DNA from: a virus
Lineage: Duplodnaviria > Caudoviricetes
Virus record (IMG/VR): IMGVR_UViG_3300027770_002684
Location: 1 to 53,524 of that record
Reading direction: 5' to 3' (one strand)
Length of the DNA stretch: 53,524 nt
Made by a program: the position numbers and the translations under genes. The notes under the pieces are model-generated. The model was not told the origin of the DNA and ran no database searches. It worked only from the letters and a program-made list of their open reading frames with translations. Positions 42,016 to 49,828 of this stretch are shown here, in pieces. How positions within the stretch are numbered: position 1 is the first letter of the stretch; each line of letters opens with the position of its first letter.

Positions 42016-42369
42016 TCATATCCGAGCATCTAATCCGTTAGATAACTCAGCAATCTGTTCCTTGAGTTCGGATATTTTGAATAACTGATTTCGAAGAGCA
42101 GATACTTGATCTTGAAGTATCCCTACTTGTCTTTTTAGACTTTCTATTTCATCATCTCTGGGACTGGCATTGACGGTTTGCTCGGGCAATGACTCAAATG
42201 TCCAACGATGATTGACCCAACGAGCACACTTACCTTGGGGCACTACAGGCGCAGCAACATCTACTGTGCCTGCTGGCATTAGATATACTCCGGGCTCTAA
42301 TGGACTTTGATCTGCGTGAGTTGTACCCACATAATAACCTTGATGATCGAGTTGTACTACAGTTTTCAT
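42016..42369 (-). CDS. Tail fibre assembly-like protein
   Basis: G.YVG...AD.SPLEPGVYLMPA......P..P.G. Confidence 0.7.
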   Translation of the reverse strand: MKTVVQLDHQGYYVGTTHADQSPLEPGVYLMPAGTVDVAAPVVPQGKCARWVNHRWTFESLPEQTVNASPRDDEIESLKRQVGILQDQVSALRNQLFKISELKEQIAELSNGLDARI

Positions 42370-42381
42370 GTTTGATATGTC

Positions 42382-42906
42382 TTAGTATTTGATGCAGGCC
42401 AATAGGGCTAAATTCATAGGACGAGTTTCAGCAGCGGTGCGTGGAGTACCATTAGTAGCATCGGCTACAGGGCCGCTAGATTGGGCACTATTGGTATTAC
42501 CAGGTTTCGCCGGGTTAGAAACACCGCCTGTACCAAAAGGAACTTGTTGTGATGCGCCAATATCATGAACGTGCCCTTGCATGGCGTCAGTTTGTGTTGT
42601 TCCAAATACCCTACCACTATCTCTGGTGGTCACTCCATCTGCCCATCCACGTAGAAAATATCCACGGGCATCCGGTAGGTTGAACGTGGTGGTACCATCT
42701 CCCGATCCAAATGTTACACCTATTGCTGCATATAATGTGCCATACGTGGTCCTACTAATGGCAGCACCGTTGGCCTTGAGATATCCTGTGGGTGCTGTAC
42801 TGGCACAGAAATAAATTAATGTTCCTGGTAATATGGACGAGGCCGATTCCTGAACTGATAAATCCGGAAATGTTACTCCAGTTGTTCCACTTATTGATAC
42901 TGACAT
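42382..42906 (-). CDS. Tail collar domain protein
   Basis: P.GYLKANGAAISRTTY..L...IG..FG.GDG.TTFNLPD.RG.FLRG; ETRP.NLALLACIKY. Confidence 0.93.
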   Translation of the reverse strand: MSVSISGTTGVTFPDLSVQESASSILPGTLIYFCASTAPTGYLKANGAAISRTTYGTLYAAIGVTFGSGDGTTTFNLPDARGYFLRGWADGVTTRDSGRVFGTTQTDAMQGHVHDIGASQQVPFGTGGVSNPAKPGNTNSAQSSGPVADATNGTPRTAAETRPMNLALLACIKY

Positions 42907-42943
42907 GTTGGTAATATCCTTTTAGATATTTACCTTAATTAAA

Positions 42944-43954
42944 TCATGGAGTATAATTGCCCGAACTATAGAAATAATGATACGTGTTTCCACCAATAAT
43001 GCTGACAGTACCTCCTATACCTTTTTGTACTATTCCTGAATAATAGATAAAGGCTACACCACTGCCGCCAGCGCCGGCAGTCCCACCGTGCCCTATTCCA
43101 CCACCACCGCCCCCTCGGTTAGCAGTACCCGAAGTAGGGTTTGAACTAAAAGATTCATTAGCACCATTTCCACCGCCTCCGGATCCACCGGTACCACCCG
43201 TTGTAGCACCAGAACCACCACCCCCTCCTGCATAGATAACTCCATCTGCTGCAAGACGCCCGGATCCACCCGCTCCTCCTCTTGAATTATTAATGTTGGG
43301 TGCATTGGGTGCAGTGGCGTTGCCTCCCGCTGAGCCAGCACCACCACCACCACCACCTATGCTGTATGTTGGTCCAGCACCACCACTATTACCCTGTCCC
43401 GCTACTCCTGTGCCGCCGTTATTGCCGCCTGGAGCATCTGCTGCACCACCCCCTCCACTGCCACCATTTCCAACGGCAAAAGAATTTTGAGGCCAAACAC
43501 CACCATGTGGACTACCGGCACCATGACCCCCACCTATGGCTGTGTTGCCATTGAATGTGGTATTGGAACCATTGGTAGAGCGTACACTTGTACCATAACC
43601 TCCACCTACTCCACCCCCTCCGATATTGACTGCATACGTAGAACCCACTGTTAAGGTGGCATTACCACTTAAAAAACCCCCTGCTCCACCTCCACCAGAG
43701 GGTTGTCCACCCCCACCCCCAGCAATTAATACAAAATTAACCACCCGGACAGCGGCTGCTCCATGAAAATTACCCAAACTCAACTGCCCACTACTGGGTA
43801 TGGCGGTGCTAACTGCTGAGGGAAATCCATTTGTGCCTGCTCCAACGTAACTATCTCCAGCATAATACTCATTTAAACTGATGGGATTACTGCCTCCAAA
43901 TTCAGTCTGCAAATTGGCGAATGATATGGCGTTGGGGGATACGGGTAAAGTCAT
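42944..43954 (-). CDS. Glycine-rich virion/tail protein
   Basis: EFGGSNPISLNEYY...SGQLSL.NFHG head; Gly-rich body. Confidence 0.8.
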   Translation of the reverse strand: MTLPVSPNAISFANLQTEFGGSNPISLNEYYAGDSYVGAGTNGFPSAVSTAIPSSGQLSLGNFHGAAAVRVVNFVLIAGGGGGQPSGGGGAGGFLSGNATLTVGSTYAVNIGGGGVGGGYGTSVRSTNGSNTTFNGNTAIGGGHGAGSPHGGVWPQNSFAVGNGGSGGGGAADAPGGNNGGTGVAGQGNSGGAGPTYSIGGGGGGAGSAGGNATAPNAPNINNSRGGAGGSGRLAADGVIYAGGGGGSGATTGGTGGSGGGGNGANESFSSNPTSGTANRGGGGGGIGHGGTAGAGGSGVAFIYYSGIVQKGIGGTVSIIGGNTYHYFYSSGNYTP

Positions 43955-43981
43955 AGTTTAGGTATTTACCTTAAATTACTC

Positions 43982-44010
43982 TTGACATTGACGGGTTTTT
44001 CCTGTATAAT
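43982..44010 (+). promoter_or_regulatory. Consensus sigma70 promoter
   Basis: TTGACA-17-TATAAT, followed by ACACAC leader. Confidence 0.88.
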
Positions 44011-44042
44011 TATACTCATACACACACACAGAAAGGTTAGTT

Positions 44043-44465
44043 ATGCCAGGAATAGCACTAGAAGGTAGCATTACCTCTTGGGAAAATCGCCCACAATGCC
44101 AAATAGCAGGATGTTGTAATCCTGCTATGTACAACTATCAATATGCTGATGGAGATTGGAAATGGCGAGTAAGACACGGTAAAATTATTTGTGGGGCCCA
44201 TCAGCGTAAAAGTTGGCATCCTACGCTTAAACATCGTAAAGATTACTGCGAAAATGTTTCTGGTTTTTTAGGGTTTAAATGTACTACTAACTTGGTCTGG
44301 AATGGTATGTTAGATGTAGATCATAAAAACGGCAATCCTGGTGATAATAGACCTGCTAATCTACAAACTCTGTGTAAGTGCTGTCATATGTATAAAACAC
44401 ATAAGAACAAAGACTACCTAACAGATGGGCGTAAGACTTTGGGATTTACTAATAGTTACAAGTAA
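44043..44465 (+). CDS. HNH endonuclease
   Basis: LDVDHKNGN..DN...NLQTLC.CCH..KT. Confidence 0.85.
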   Translation: MPGIALEGSITSWENRPQCQIAGCCNPAMYNYQYADGDWKWRVRHGKIICGAHQRKSWHPTLKHRKDYCENVSGFLGFKCTTNLVWNGMLDVDHKNGNPGDNRPANLQTLCKCCHMYKTHKNKDYLTDGRKTLGFTNSYK

Positions 44466-44550
44466 ATACCCCGCTGTAGCACTATACAGATATAGTCTTA
44501 CAGCGTATATACAAATACCCCGCTATACAGGCCACACCAAATACCCCGCT
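44464..44550. repeat. Three direct repeats AAATACCCCGCT
   Basis: Copies start at 44464, 44513, 44539. Confidence 0.8.
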
Positions 44551-45185
44551 ATAGCACCCTTGCCCAGAACCCATAATACACTACATCGAAGTCGATCCTA
44601 CGTAGTGAAAGGTTGAGACCAAAGAATATCCTGACTACAGTGTGATTTCCTTTGGTCGAATGGTAGACCATTTTACGATAGCCTCTCATCCCCACCGTGC
44701 TCCAATCTAAATCCACTATAGATCTAACAGAAATCTACGGCGAAAAAGGATCAATCTACGGTGGATTCGACGCATTTTGGAGCGTTTTTCCACCGTGAAT
44801 CCCAGATTTCTGACCCAAAACTGCCCCAAAATAGTATCACATTACTCAGTGTAGAGTAACATATTCTACTGTGTAATCACTATGCATGTTGTAGATCTAC
44901 TACAGTGTGAGTTGTCCATAGTTGGGATCTGTGTTATACTATGCGTATATACACCGAGACTTGTCTATGAGTAGTGTATATGTAAACCGTAAGCAGCAGG
45001 ATAGACATACAGATTTGATTAGGGGCCGGAAGCCTGGGCGATCGATTGGGTATGTTGAGTCTGATTGTAGATCTTCGTTACTGTTGCTGAACTCGCGACC
45101 AGCCCTTCCGGTGGTTGAGGACCCTCTTTGTAGATGAACAGGCGAGATGGGCGGCGATACTGGGAAACGCAGAGATCGCTGACTG

Positions 45186-45225
45186 AGATAACCCTATAGT
45201 TGAGTAAGCTATAGGGTTATCTTTT
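45186..45225 (+). terminator. 14-bp hairpin with short T run
   Basis: AGATAACCCTATAG-9 nt-CTATAGGGTTATCT-TTT. Confidence 0.6.
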
Positions 45226-45297
45226 GAGTAGATACAATCTATATTATGTTAACCGGGGTCGGAGTGCCGGCTGTGTGGCGGTTATACAACGGATTCA

Positions 45298-45336
45298 CTT
45301 TACATTGGCTTTACATTGGCTTTACATATCTTTACA
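45298..45336. repeat. Tandem CTTTACA(TTGG) x4
   Basis: Units at 45298, 45309, 45320, 45330. Confidence 0.85.
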
Positions 45337-45346
45337 AAGAAATGAG

Positions 45347-45375
45347 TTGACAAAATGGTAAAACCATTGTATAAT
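45347..45375 (+). promoter_or_regulatory. Repeated early promoter
   Basis: TTGACA-17-TATAAT; spacer AATGGT-AAA-ACCATT. Confidence 0.9.
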
Positions 45376-45402
45376 TGACACTTACACACACTGGAGCACA
45401 CT

Positions 45403-45645
45403 ATGCTGACAAACGAAAGCGAAATTATAAACAATGCTACTATTACACACGACTACGAAGCAGAAGCCATGCAGTCGTTTGAAGCCACGGGCGACGACAT
45501 GATGGACGAACTAACTGAGCGATTTGAGAGTGAGTTTACCAACTTTGATCTTGCAGATGATGTTGGGGGGCTGGTGCTCTACAGACGAGCAGGCGTTTTA
45601 GTAGCGTTCTACGACTACGAGCAGTTCCACGGCGCTGTATTGTAA
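45403..45645 (+). CDS. Acidic early protein
   Basis: GGAG SD; D/E-rich. Confidence 0.8.
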   Translation: MLTNESEIINNATITHDYEAEAMQSFEATGDDMMDELTERFESEFTNFDLADDVGGLVLYRRAGVLVAFYDYEQFHGAVL

Positions 45646-45682
45646 AGTGCCAGAGTGTTGTAGAAATACAGCACTCTTCAGG

Positions 45683-45711
45683 TTGACAAAGTGGTAAAAC
45701 CATTGTATAAT
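45683..45711 (+). promoter_or_regulatory. Repeated early promoter
   Basis: TTGACA-17-TATAAT; upstream hairpin GAGTGTTGTA-GAAA-TACAGCACTC. Confidence 0.9.
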
Positions 45712-45717
45712 ACACAC

Positions 45718-46068
45718 ATGAACAAAGAAACAGTCACCCGCAAGAAACGTGTAGATCGCAATCACATCATCTACGAACTCGTAGTCAATGGGTTGAACTA
45801 CATAGGTGTCACTGCTAAGACTGAGACTACTGTGCAGAAGTCAGTTCGTGTTCGTGCTAACAAGCATTTCTACCGTGCTAAGACTGAGAACAAAGACTGG
45901 GCCCTGTGCGTGGCTCTACGTGAGTTGTCAGACAAGAGCGAGATAGAGATACGCATACACGAGATCATCCGTGGCAAGGCTGCTGCACATCGGCGGGAAG
46001 TTGAGATCCGTCGTGCTATTAACCCTGCGCTGAATACGGACATTCGCGGCGACTTGACAGCGGGCTAA
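45718..46068 (+). CDS. GIY-YIG-like nuclease-domain protein, probably leaderless
   Basis: HIIYEL...NYIGVT...R...H...E...LN; ATG 6 nt after the -10 box with no SD. Confidence 0.65.
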   Translation: MNKETVTRKKRVDRNHIIYELVVNGLNYIGVTAKTETTVQKSVRVRANKHFYRAKTENKDWALCVALRELSDKSEIEIRIHEIIRGKAAAHRREVEIRRAINPALNTDIRGDLTAG

Positions 46069-46082
46069 GAACCTGCTATAAT
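46054..46082 (+). promoter_or_regulatory. Repeated early promoter
   Basis: TTGACA-17-TATAAT plus ACACACTTACACACTAAGGAGC. Confidence 0.9.
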
Positions 46083-46108
46083 ACACACTTACACACTAAG
46101 GAGCTACC

Positions 46109-46336
46109 ATGTTTGATTCGTTTACTCGTATACGCCCGGCCACTTGCCGCCTGATGGACATGATGGATGCAGGTGAGATCGATACCCGTATAGTAGCAGA
46201 GATGGCCCTGATGTGGCTGTCGGAGAGTTCCGTTGCCGAGATGATGCAGGCCAACGACATCTTGCAAGAAGAAGCGGCGGATGACGGCCAGCCCGATGAA
46301 GCACAAGAGTGGGAATCTTTTGATCCTGACTGCTGA
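46109..46336 (+). CDS. Acidic early protein
   Basis: AAGGAG SD; tail DGQPDEAQEWESFDPDC. Confidence 0.8.
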   Translation: MFDSFTRIRPATCRLMDMMDAGEIDTRIVAEMALMWLSESSVAEMMQANDILQEEAADDGQPDEAQEWESFDPDC

Positions 46337-46342
46337 AAACGG

Positions 46343-46371
46343 TTGACACATTGGTAAAACCATTGTATAAT
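46343..46371 (+). promoter_or_regulatory. Repeated early promoter
   Basis: Identical to 51883-51911. Confidence 0.9.
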
Positions 46372-46398
46372 TGACACTTACACACTAAGGAGCACGAC

Positions 46399-46638
46399 AT
46401 GCAAGTATTTCAACTAATCGAGCGTTTGATGGACTTGGACCCTAACGCCGAAGTCCACTTGAGTTATAACTATGGCGACCACTGGAGCACCCAAGTGGCC
46501 CCTACTGTGGACACGGTAGACGAGGGACTGGTGAAGTATAGCGACTATCACCGCATGGACACGTTGATGGATGAGGACGAGATGATCGAAGATGAAGGCG
46601 ACTTCGAAGGTACTCGCCGTGTGGTAGTCTTAGGTTGA
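46399..46638 (+). CDS. Acidic early protein
   Basis: SD; stop TGA lies inside the next TTGACA. Confidence 0.8.
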   Translation: MQVFQLIERLMDLDPNAEVHLSYNYGDHWSTQVAPTVDTVDEGLVKYSDYHRMDTLMDEDEMIEDEGDFEGTRRVVVLG

Positions 46639-46663
46639 CAAGACTGGTAAGACCAGTTATAAT
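46635..46663 (+). promoter_or_regulatory. Repeated early promoter
   Basis: Spacer ACTGGT-AAG-ACCAGT. Confidence 0.9.
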
Positions 46664-46690
46664 ATACACTTACACACAAAGGAGCTAGAG

Positions 46691-46978
46691 ATGCTTTCAA
46701 TCGCAGATATCAACACCGCTATCATCAGCCAAACATGGACCAACGATCAACTGACATCTATGATTGATGCTGTCAAGTTCGCTCGTTCGCGTTTAGCGAA
46801 ACAGACCATGCGTCAACTGCACATCGGTGATCCTGTGGTGTTCAATGCCAAGGACGGACGTGCTGTCAACGGCATGGTGACTAAGATTGCTATCAAGTTC
46901 GTCACAGTGAAGACCAACATTGGCTCTTGGCGAGTGCCTGCTAGCATGTTGCGTATCGTAGAACGCGAACTGGCATAA
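46691..46978 (+). CDS. Early protein, SH3/KOW-like C-terminus
   Basis: IGDPVVF...G.VTKI..K.V.V.....WRVP. Confidence 0.75.
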   Translation: MLSIADINTAIISQTWTNDQLTSMIDAVKFARSRLAKQTMRQLHIGDPVVFNAKDGRAVNGMVTKIAIKFVTVKTNIGSWRVPASMLRIVERELA

Positions 46979-46983
46979 AGAGG

Positions 46984-47012
46984 TTGACACGGGAGCGATC
47001 CCGTGTTATAAT
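46984..47012 (+). promoter_or_regulatory. Repeated early promoter
   Basis: Hairpin ACACGGGA-GCGA-TCCCGTGT. Confidence 0.9.
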
Positions 47013-47038
47013 ACACGCTTACACACACTGGAGCACCT

Positions 47039-47416
47039 ATGCAATATTACGATGAACTTGCGCAGTACGAGCGCGAAGGCTTTTCAATCATTGTGGACAA
47101 GACCTATGAAGACATGCATCCCCGGGACACGTTCGACGACAGCTGCCACAACATTGACGAGATCTGTGAGAAGATTGACAACGGGACCTACGAATGGTTT
47201 ATGTTGCGAGTACGTGTACTCGTCGAAGGGCTCGAACTATCACGCGAGCATGTGGGCGGATGCCTATACTATGACGTCCGCGAAGTCCTTACTGACGGGA
47301 CTGCCGAAGACCTCATTGACAGTGCGATGACTGATGCCAAGAAGCAGGTCTATCGACTAAGCCGGGTGTTCGCTGGCCTAAGCGAGCAGGTGGATCGGGA
47401 GGGTGCCTGTGCTTGA
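47039..47416 (+). CDS. Hypothetical early protein
   Basis: GGAG SD; acidic. Confidence 0.8.
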   Translation: MQYYDELAQYEREGFSIIVDKTYEDMHPRDTFDDSCHNIDEICEKIDNGTYEWFMLRVRVLVEGLELSREHVGGCLYYDVREVLTDGTAEDLIDSAMTDAKKQVYRLSRVFAGLSEQVDREGACA

Positions 47417-47633
47417 TAACGTTTTAAAATGGAGTGGCATGGCATTGGTCATCGCCGGTGCCCTATGCACTAGTTTGCGCATTGACCCTTTGAACATCTT
47501 GTTGCTCAATGCGGGTGCTCTTGTCTACATGATATGGGCATTGCGAATTCAAGAAATGAACTTGGTGATCGTCAATGCAGTGCTTTTGGCTATCTATGCA
47601 GTAGGATTAATGCAAGTGCCAAAACCGTTGTAG
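47403..47633 (+). CDS. Small membrane protein (about 3 TM)
   Basis: Three hydrophobic stretches; start may be GTG 47409. Confidence 0.7.
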   Translation: MPVLDNVLKWSGMALVIAGALCTSLRIDPLNILLLNAGALVYMIWALRIQEMNLVIVNAVLLAIYAVGLMQVPKPL

Positions 47634-47652
47634 AAATACAACAACAAAGAGG

Positions 47653-47681
47653 TTGACATATTGGTAAAACCGTTGTATAAT
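47653..47681 (+). promoter_or_regulatory. Repeated early promoter
   Basis: TTGACA-17-TATAAT; upstream GTTGTA-GAAA-TACAAC. Confidence 0.9.
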
Positions 47682-47707
47682 TAACGCTTACACACTAAGG
47701 AGCACAG

Positions 47708-47992
47708 ATGTTCACTACAGACAACCAAACCGCACTCAAAGACGAACTGAACCTCATGTTCAAAGAGCAGGGTGCCGCGTTCACCGCAGGCTACTCCAAC
47801 ATGATGGTGCAGGAGATGCTGATGTTCTTGCCCAAACGCAAGCAGAAAGAGTTCATCCAGCAGGTTGCTGCCTTCAACGGTCGCCAACTAGTCACTGTGA
47901 AGAACTGCTTGACTGGTCAGGAAGTTGAGATCCGCCGTGAAGATGTGGGCACCTGCAACGATCCGAGTCGCGAACTGTTCCATACAATGTGA
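47708..47992 (+). CDS. Hypothetical early protein
   Basis: SD; C-terminal VKNCLTG.EVEI.......DPS.E.FH.M. Confidence 0.8.
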   Translation: MFTTDNQTALKDELNLMFKEQGAAFTAGYSNMMVQEMLMFLPKRKQKEFIQQVAAFNGRQLVTVKNCLTGQEVEIRREDVGTCNDPSRELFHTM

Positions 47993-47994
47993 GG

Positions 47995-48023
47995 TTGACA
48001 GAGGAGCAATCCTCTGTTATAAT
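47995..48023 (+). promoter_or_regulatory. Repeated early promoter, no SD/ORF downstream
   Basis: Hairpin ACAGAGGA-GCAA-TCCTCTGT. Confidence 0.9.
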
Positions 48024-48029
48024 ACACGC

Positions 48030-48143
48030 ATAGACAGATTTGTTTAGTAAGTGCCTCTAGACTGAAGTCGGTCGAGATCTATGAATGCTCAGGCAGATGT
48101 ATAGGAGTGAAGGCAAGCAGATAAGAGCACTTACTAAACAAAG
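48030..48143 (+). ncRNA. Candidate small structured RNA
   Basis: Own promoter; perfect 16-bp closing stem 48039-48054/48127-48142; no SD-led ORF. Confidence 0.6.
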
Positions 48144-48146
48144 TGG

Positions 48147-48175
48147 TTGACAAGTTGGTAGAAGAGTGTTATAAT
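48147..48175 (+). promoter_or_regulatory. Repeated early promoter
   Basis: TTGACA-17-TATAAT-ACACGCATAG. Confidence 0.9.
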
Positions 48176-48181
48176 ACACGC

Positions 48182-48322
48182 ATAGGGAAACAAGTTTAGG
48201 GTTACTCCAGAACGCAACGCAGGACGCATTAAATAGACCTTGAAGGTCAGCCCGCAAGGGATGCATGTCAAAACGCTGAGCAGGGAGGATTAAATCAGTC
48301 TGTGACTGAGCCCATCTTTTTT
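48182..48322 (+). ncRNA. Candidate structured RNA or 5' leader
   Basis: Hairpins GACCT-TGA-AGGTC, CCC-GCAA-GGG, TCAGTC-TGT-GACTGA, then T6. Confidence 0.5.
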
Positions 48323-48333
48323 AGGAGCATAGT

Positions 48334-48492
48334 ATGGGACATTGGGAATTTGGAGAGTTCCGCATTGGACGCTTATTCCACTGCAACGGTAACGACTACA
48401 TCAAACAATCAACACGCACTGCACGGTTGCTCAGCAACGGACGCATCTTCTACTTCGGTAAGAACGAAGTCATTCACGCTATCGCATACTAA
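48334..48492 (+). CDS. Small early protein (52 aa), not in ORF track
   Basis: AGGAG SD; MGHWEFGEFRIGRLFHCNGNDYIK. Confidence 0.75.
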   Translation: MGHWEFGEFRIGRLFHCNGNDYIKQSTRTARLLSNGRIFYFGKNEVIHAIAY

Positions 48493-48502
48493 GGAGCACA
48501 CA

Positions 48503-48664
48503 ATGAAAGAGCAACTACTGGCCTTGGCCTACGAGCAGGAAGATGATGTGTTTGGCTCCAGTGAGCGTGATGAGTTCGATTGTTTGATCGCCCTGATCGA
48601 AGATGGCACCATCAACACCTTTGAAGAACTTGCCCGTTACGGAGTTGAACGATCCGGTGAATAA
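48503..48664 (+). CDS. Small acidic protein (53 aa)
   Basis: AAGGAG SD before MKEQLL. Confidence 0.75.
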   Translation: MKEQLLALAYEQEDDVFGSSERDEFDCLIALIEDGTINTFEELARYGVERSGE

Positions 48665-48673
48665 CCCTGCAGG

Positions 48674-48702
48674 TTGACAGGTCATTCAAACGGTGCTATA
48701 AT
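48674..48702 (+). promoter_or_regulatory. Repeated early promoter
   Basis: TTGACA-17-TATAAT plus conserved leader. Confidence 0.9.
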
Positions 48703-48729
48703 ACACACATACACACTAAGGAGCACAAG

Positions 48730-48831
48730 ATGAAGTTCACAGCAGAACAACTGGCCGCATACATGAAGGGCATGACCATTGCACAGGCAGCAGCCATGTG
48801 GCAAGTGTTGGTTGACAAAGGCATTGTTTGA
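48730..48831 (+). CDS. 33-aa peptide, not in ORF track
   Basis: Own promoter and SD; MKFTAEQLAAYMKGMTIAQAAAMWQVLVDKGIV. Confidence 0.7.
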   Translation: MKFTAEQLAAYMKGMTIAQAAAMWQVLVDKGIV

Positions 48832-48840
48832 AGTTATAAT
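48812..48840 (+). promoter_or_regulatory. Repeated early promoter
   Basis: TTGACA-17-TATAAT plus conserved leader. Confidence 0.9.
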
Positions 48841-48866
48841 ACACACATACACACTAAGGAGCACTC

Positions 48867-49109
48867 ATGTTTACACTGGCAAATGTTCAAAAAGTATATA
48901 CCGGCCGTTTGGGATGTATGTGCGGATGCAGGGGACGATACAGTTATGCCCAGGGCTGTGATGAAGGCTACGACGATCAAGTTAATGAGCGGAGTGTCAA
49001 ACTCATCTTCAACAAGGTAATGAACCACCCTGATCGCAAAATGGACGGCAATGATATTGCTTATGTTATGACTGACACACGCAATCTCGTTGTGTATTTT
49101 AAAGATTGA
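48867..49109 (+). CDS. Hypothetical early protein
   Basis: SD; YTGR.GCMCGCRG.Y motif. Confidence 0.8.
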   Translation: MFTLANVQKVYTGRLGCMCGCRGRYSYAQGCDEGYDDQVNERSVKLIFNKVMNHPDRKMDGNDIAYVMTDTRNLVVYFKD

Positions 49110-49111
49110 GG

Positions 49112-49140
49112 TTGACAGGTCTGGTAAAACCTGTTACAAT
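49112..49140 (+). promoter_or_regulatory. Repeated early promoter
   Basis: TTGACA-17-TACAAT; ACAGGT...ACCTGT. Confidence 0.88.
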
Positions 49141-49169
49141 ATACGCTTACACACTAAGGAGCACAGCAA

Positions 49170-49646
49170 ATGGGAACACGCAGTCGAATTGGAGTCATGC
49201 ACGGAGACAAGTGCAAAAGCATCTACTGTCATTGGGATGGCTATCTGTCGCACAATGGCAAGATCCTGCAAGAGCACTACGATAGTGCCAAGGCCAATCA
49301 TCTCGTGGCAATGGGCGACATGAGCAGCCTGGATAACCATATCGGTGAGAAGCATCCCTTCAGCGGCTACTCGGGCGAAGAAGATAAAGCCTTGTATGAA
49401 CAAGCCCGCGAGAAGCATTGGTCTACATTCTACGCTCGCGATCGCGGTGAGACAGGTGTAGAGTTCAAAGTAGCACAAGACTTCGCAGAGTTCCTGGAGC
49501 AATGCGATAGCTGCGGTGCTGAATACTACTACATCATGAAGGACGGTGTTTGGTATTGTGGTACCACATACGAGAACACACACCCCTTGAGCAAGACTTT
49601 AACGGTGTTGACTGAAGCATTGGCAAACGAAAAGGAAACTGTATGA
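49170..49646 (+). CDS. Phage early protein
   Basis: MGTRSRIG...SIYCHWDGY....G..L..HY; EYYY. Confidence 0.85.
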   Translation: MGTRSRIGVMHGDKCKSIYCHWDGYLSHNGKILQEHYDSAKANHLVAMGDMSSLDNHIGEKHPFSGYSGEEDKALYEQAREKHWSTFYARDRGETGVEFKVAQDFAEFLEQCDSCGAEYYYIMKDGVWYCGTTYENTHPLSKTLTVLTEALANEKETV

Positions 49647-49816
49647 GCAAGATGAGTGATATGGCTTACGACATTGAGCAACTCTACATTGAAGGCTATA
49701 GTGCCCGAACGATCGCGATCATGTTGGAGTGCCCGATCGATCTGGTCTACAATTGGATCGATGGCAACGGTGTGGCAGATATCCCACAAGGGGAGGATGA
49801 ACATTCGGCAAATTAA
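49643..49816 (+). CDS. Small HTH-like protein (57 aa), not in ORF track
   Basis: ATGA overlap; LYIEGYSARTIAIMLECPIDLVYNWI. Confidence 0.7.
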   Translation: MSKMSDMAYDIEQLYIEGYSARTIAIMLECPIDLVYNWIDGNGVADIPQGEDEHSAN

Positions 49817-49828
49817 TCCAGAAAACGG

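Noticed and set aside
31589-43954. Diversity-generating retroelement or invertible tail cassette
   Set aside because: No reverse transcriptase, recombinase or adenine-variant TR/VR pair noticed in the window.
48090-48120. SRP RNA or glycine-riboswitch likeness (TCAGG...GAAGG.AAGCAG)
   Set aside because: The SRP helix-8 stem pairs poorly and the glycine motifs are in the wrong order; only an Infernal hit would support it.
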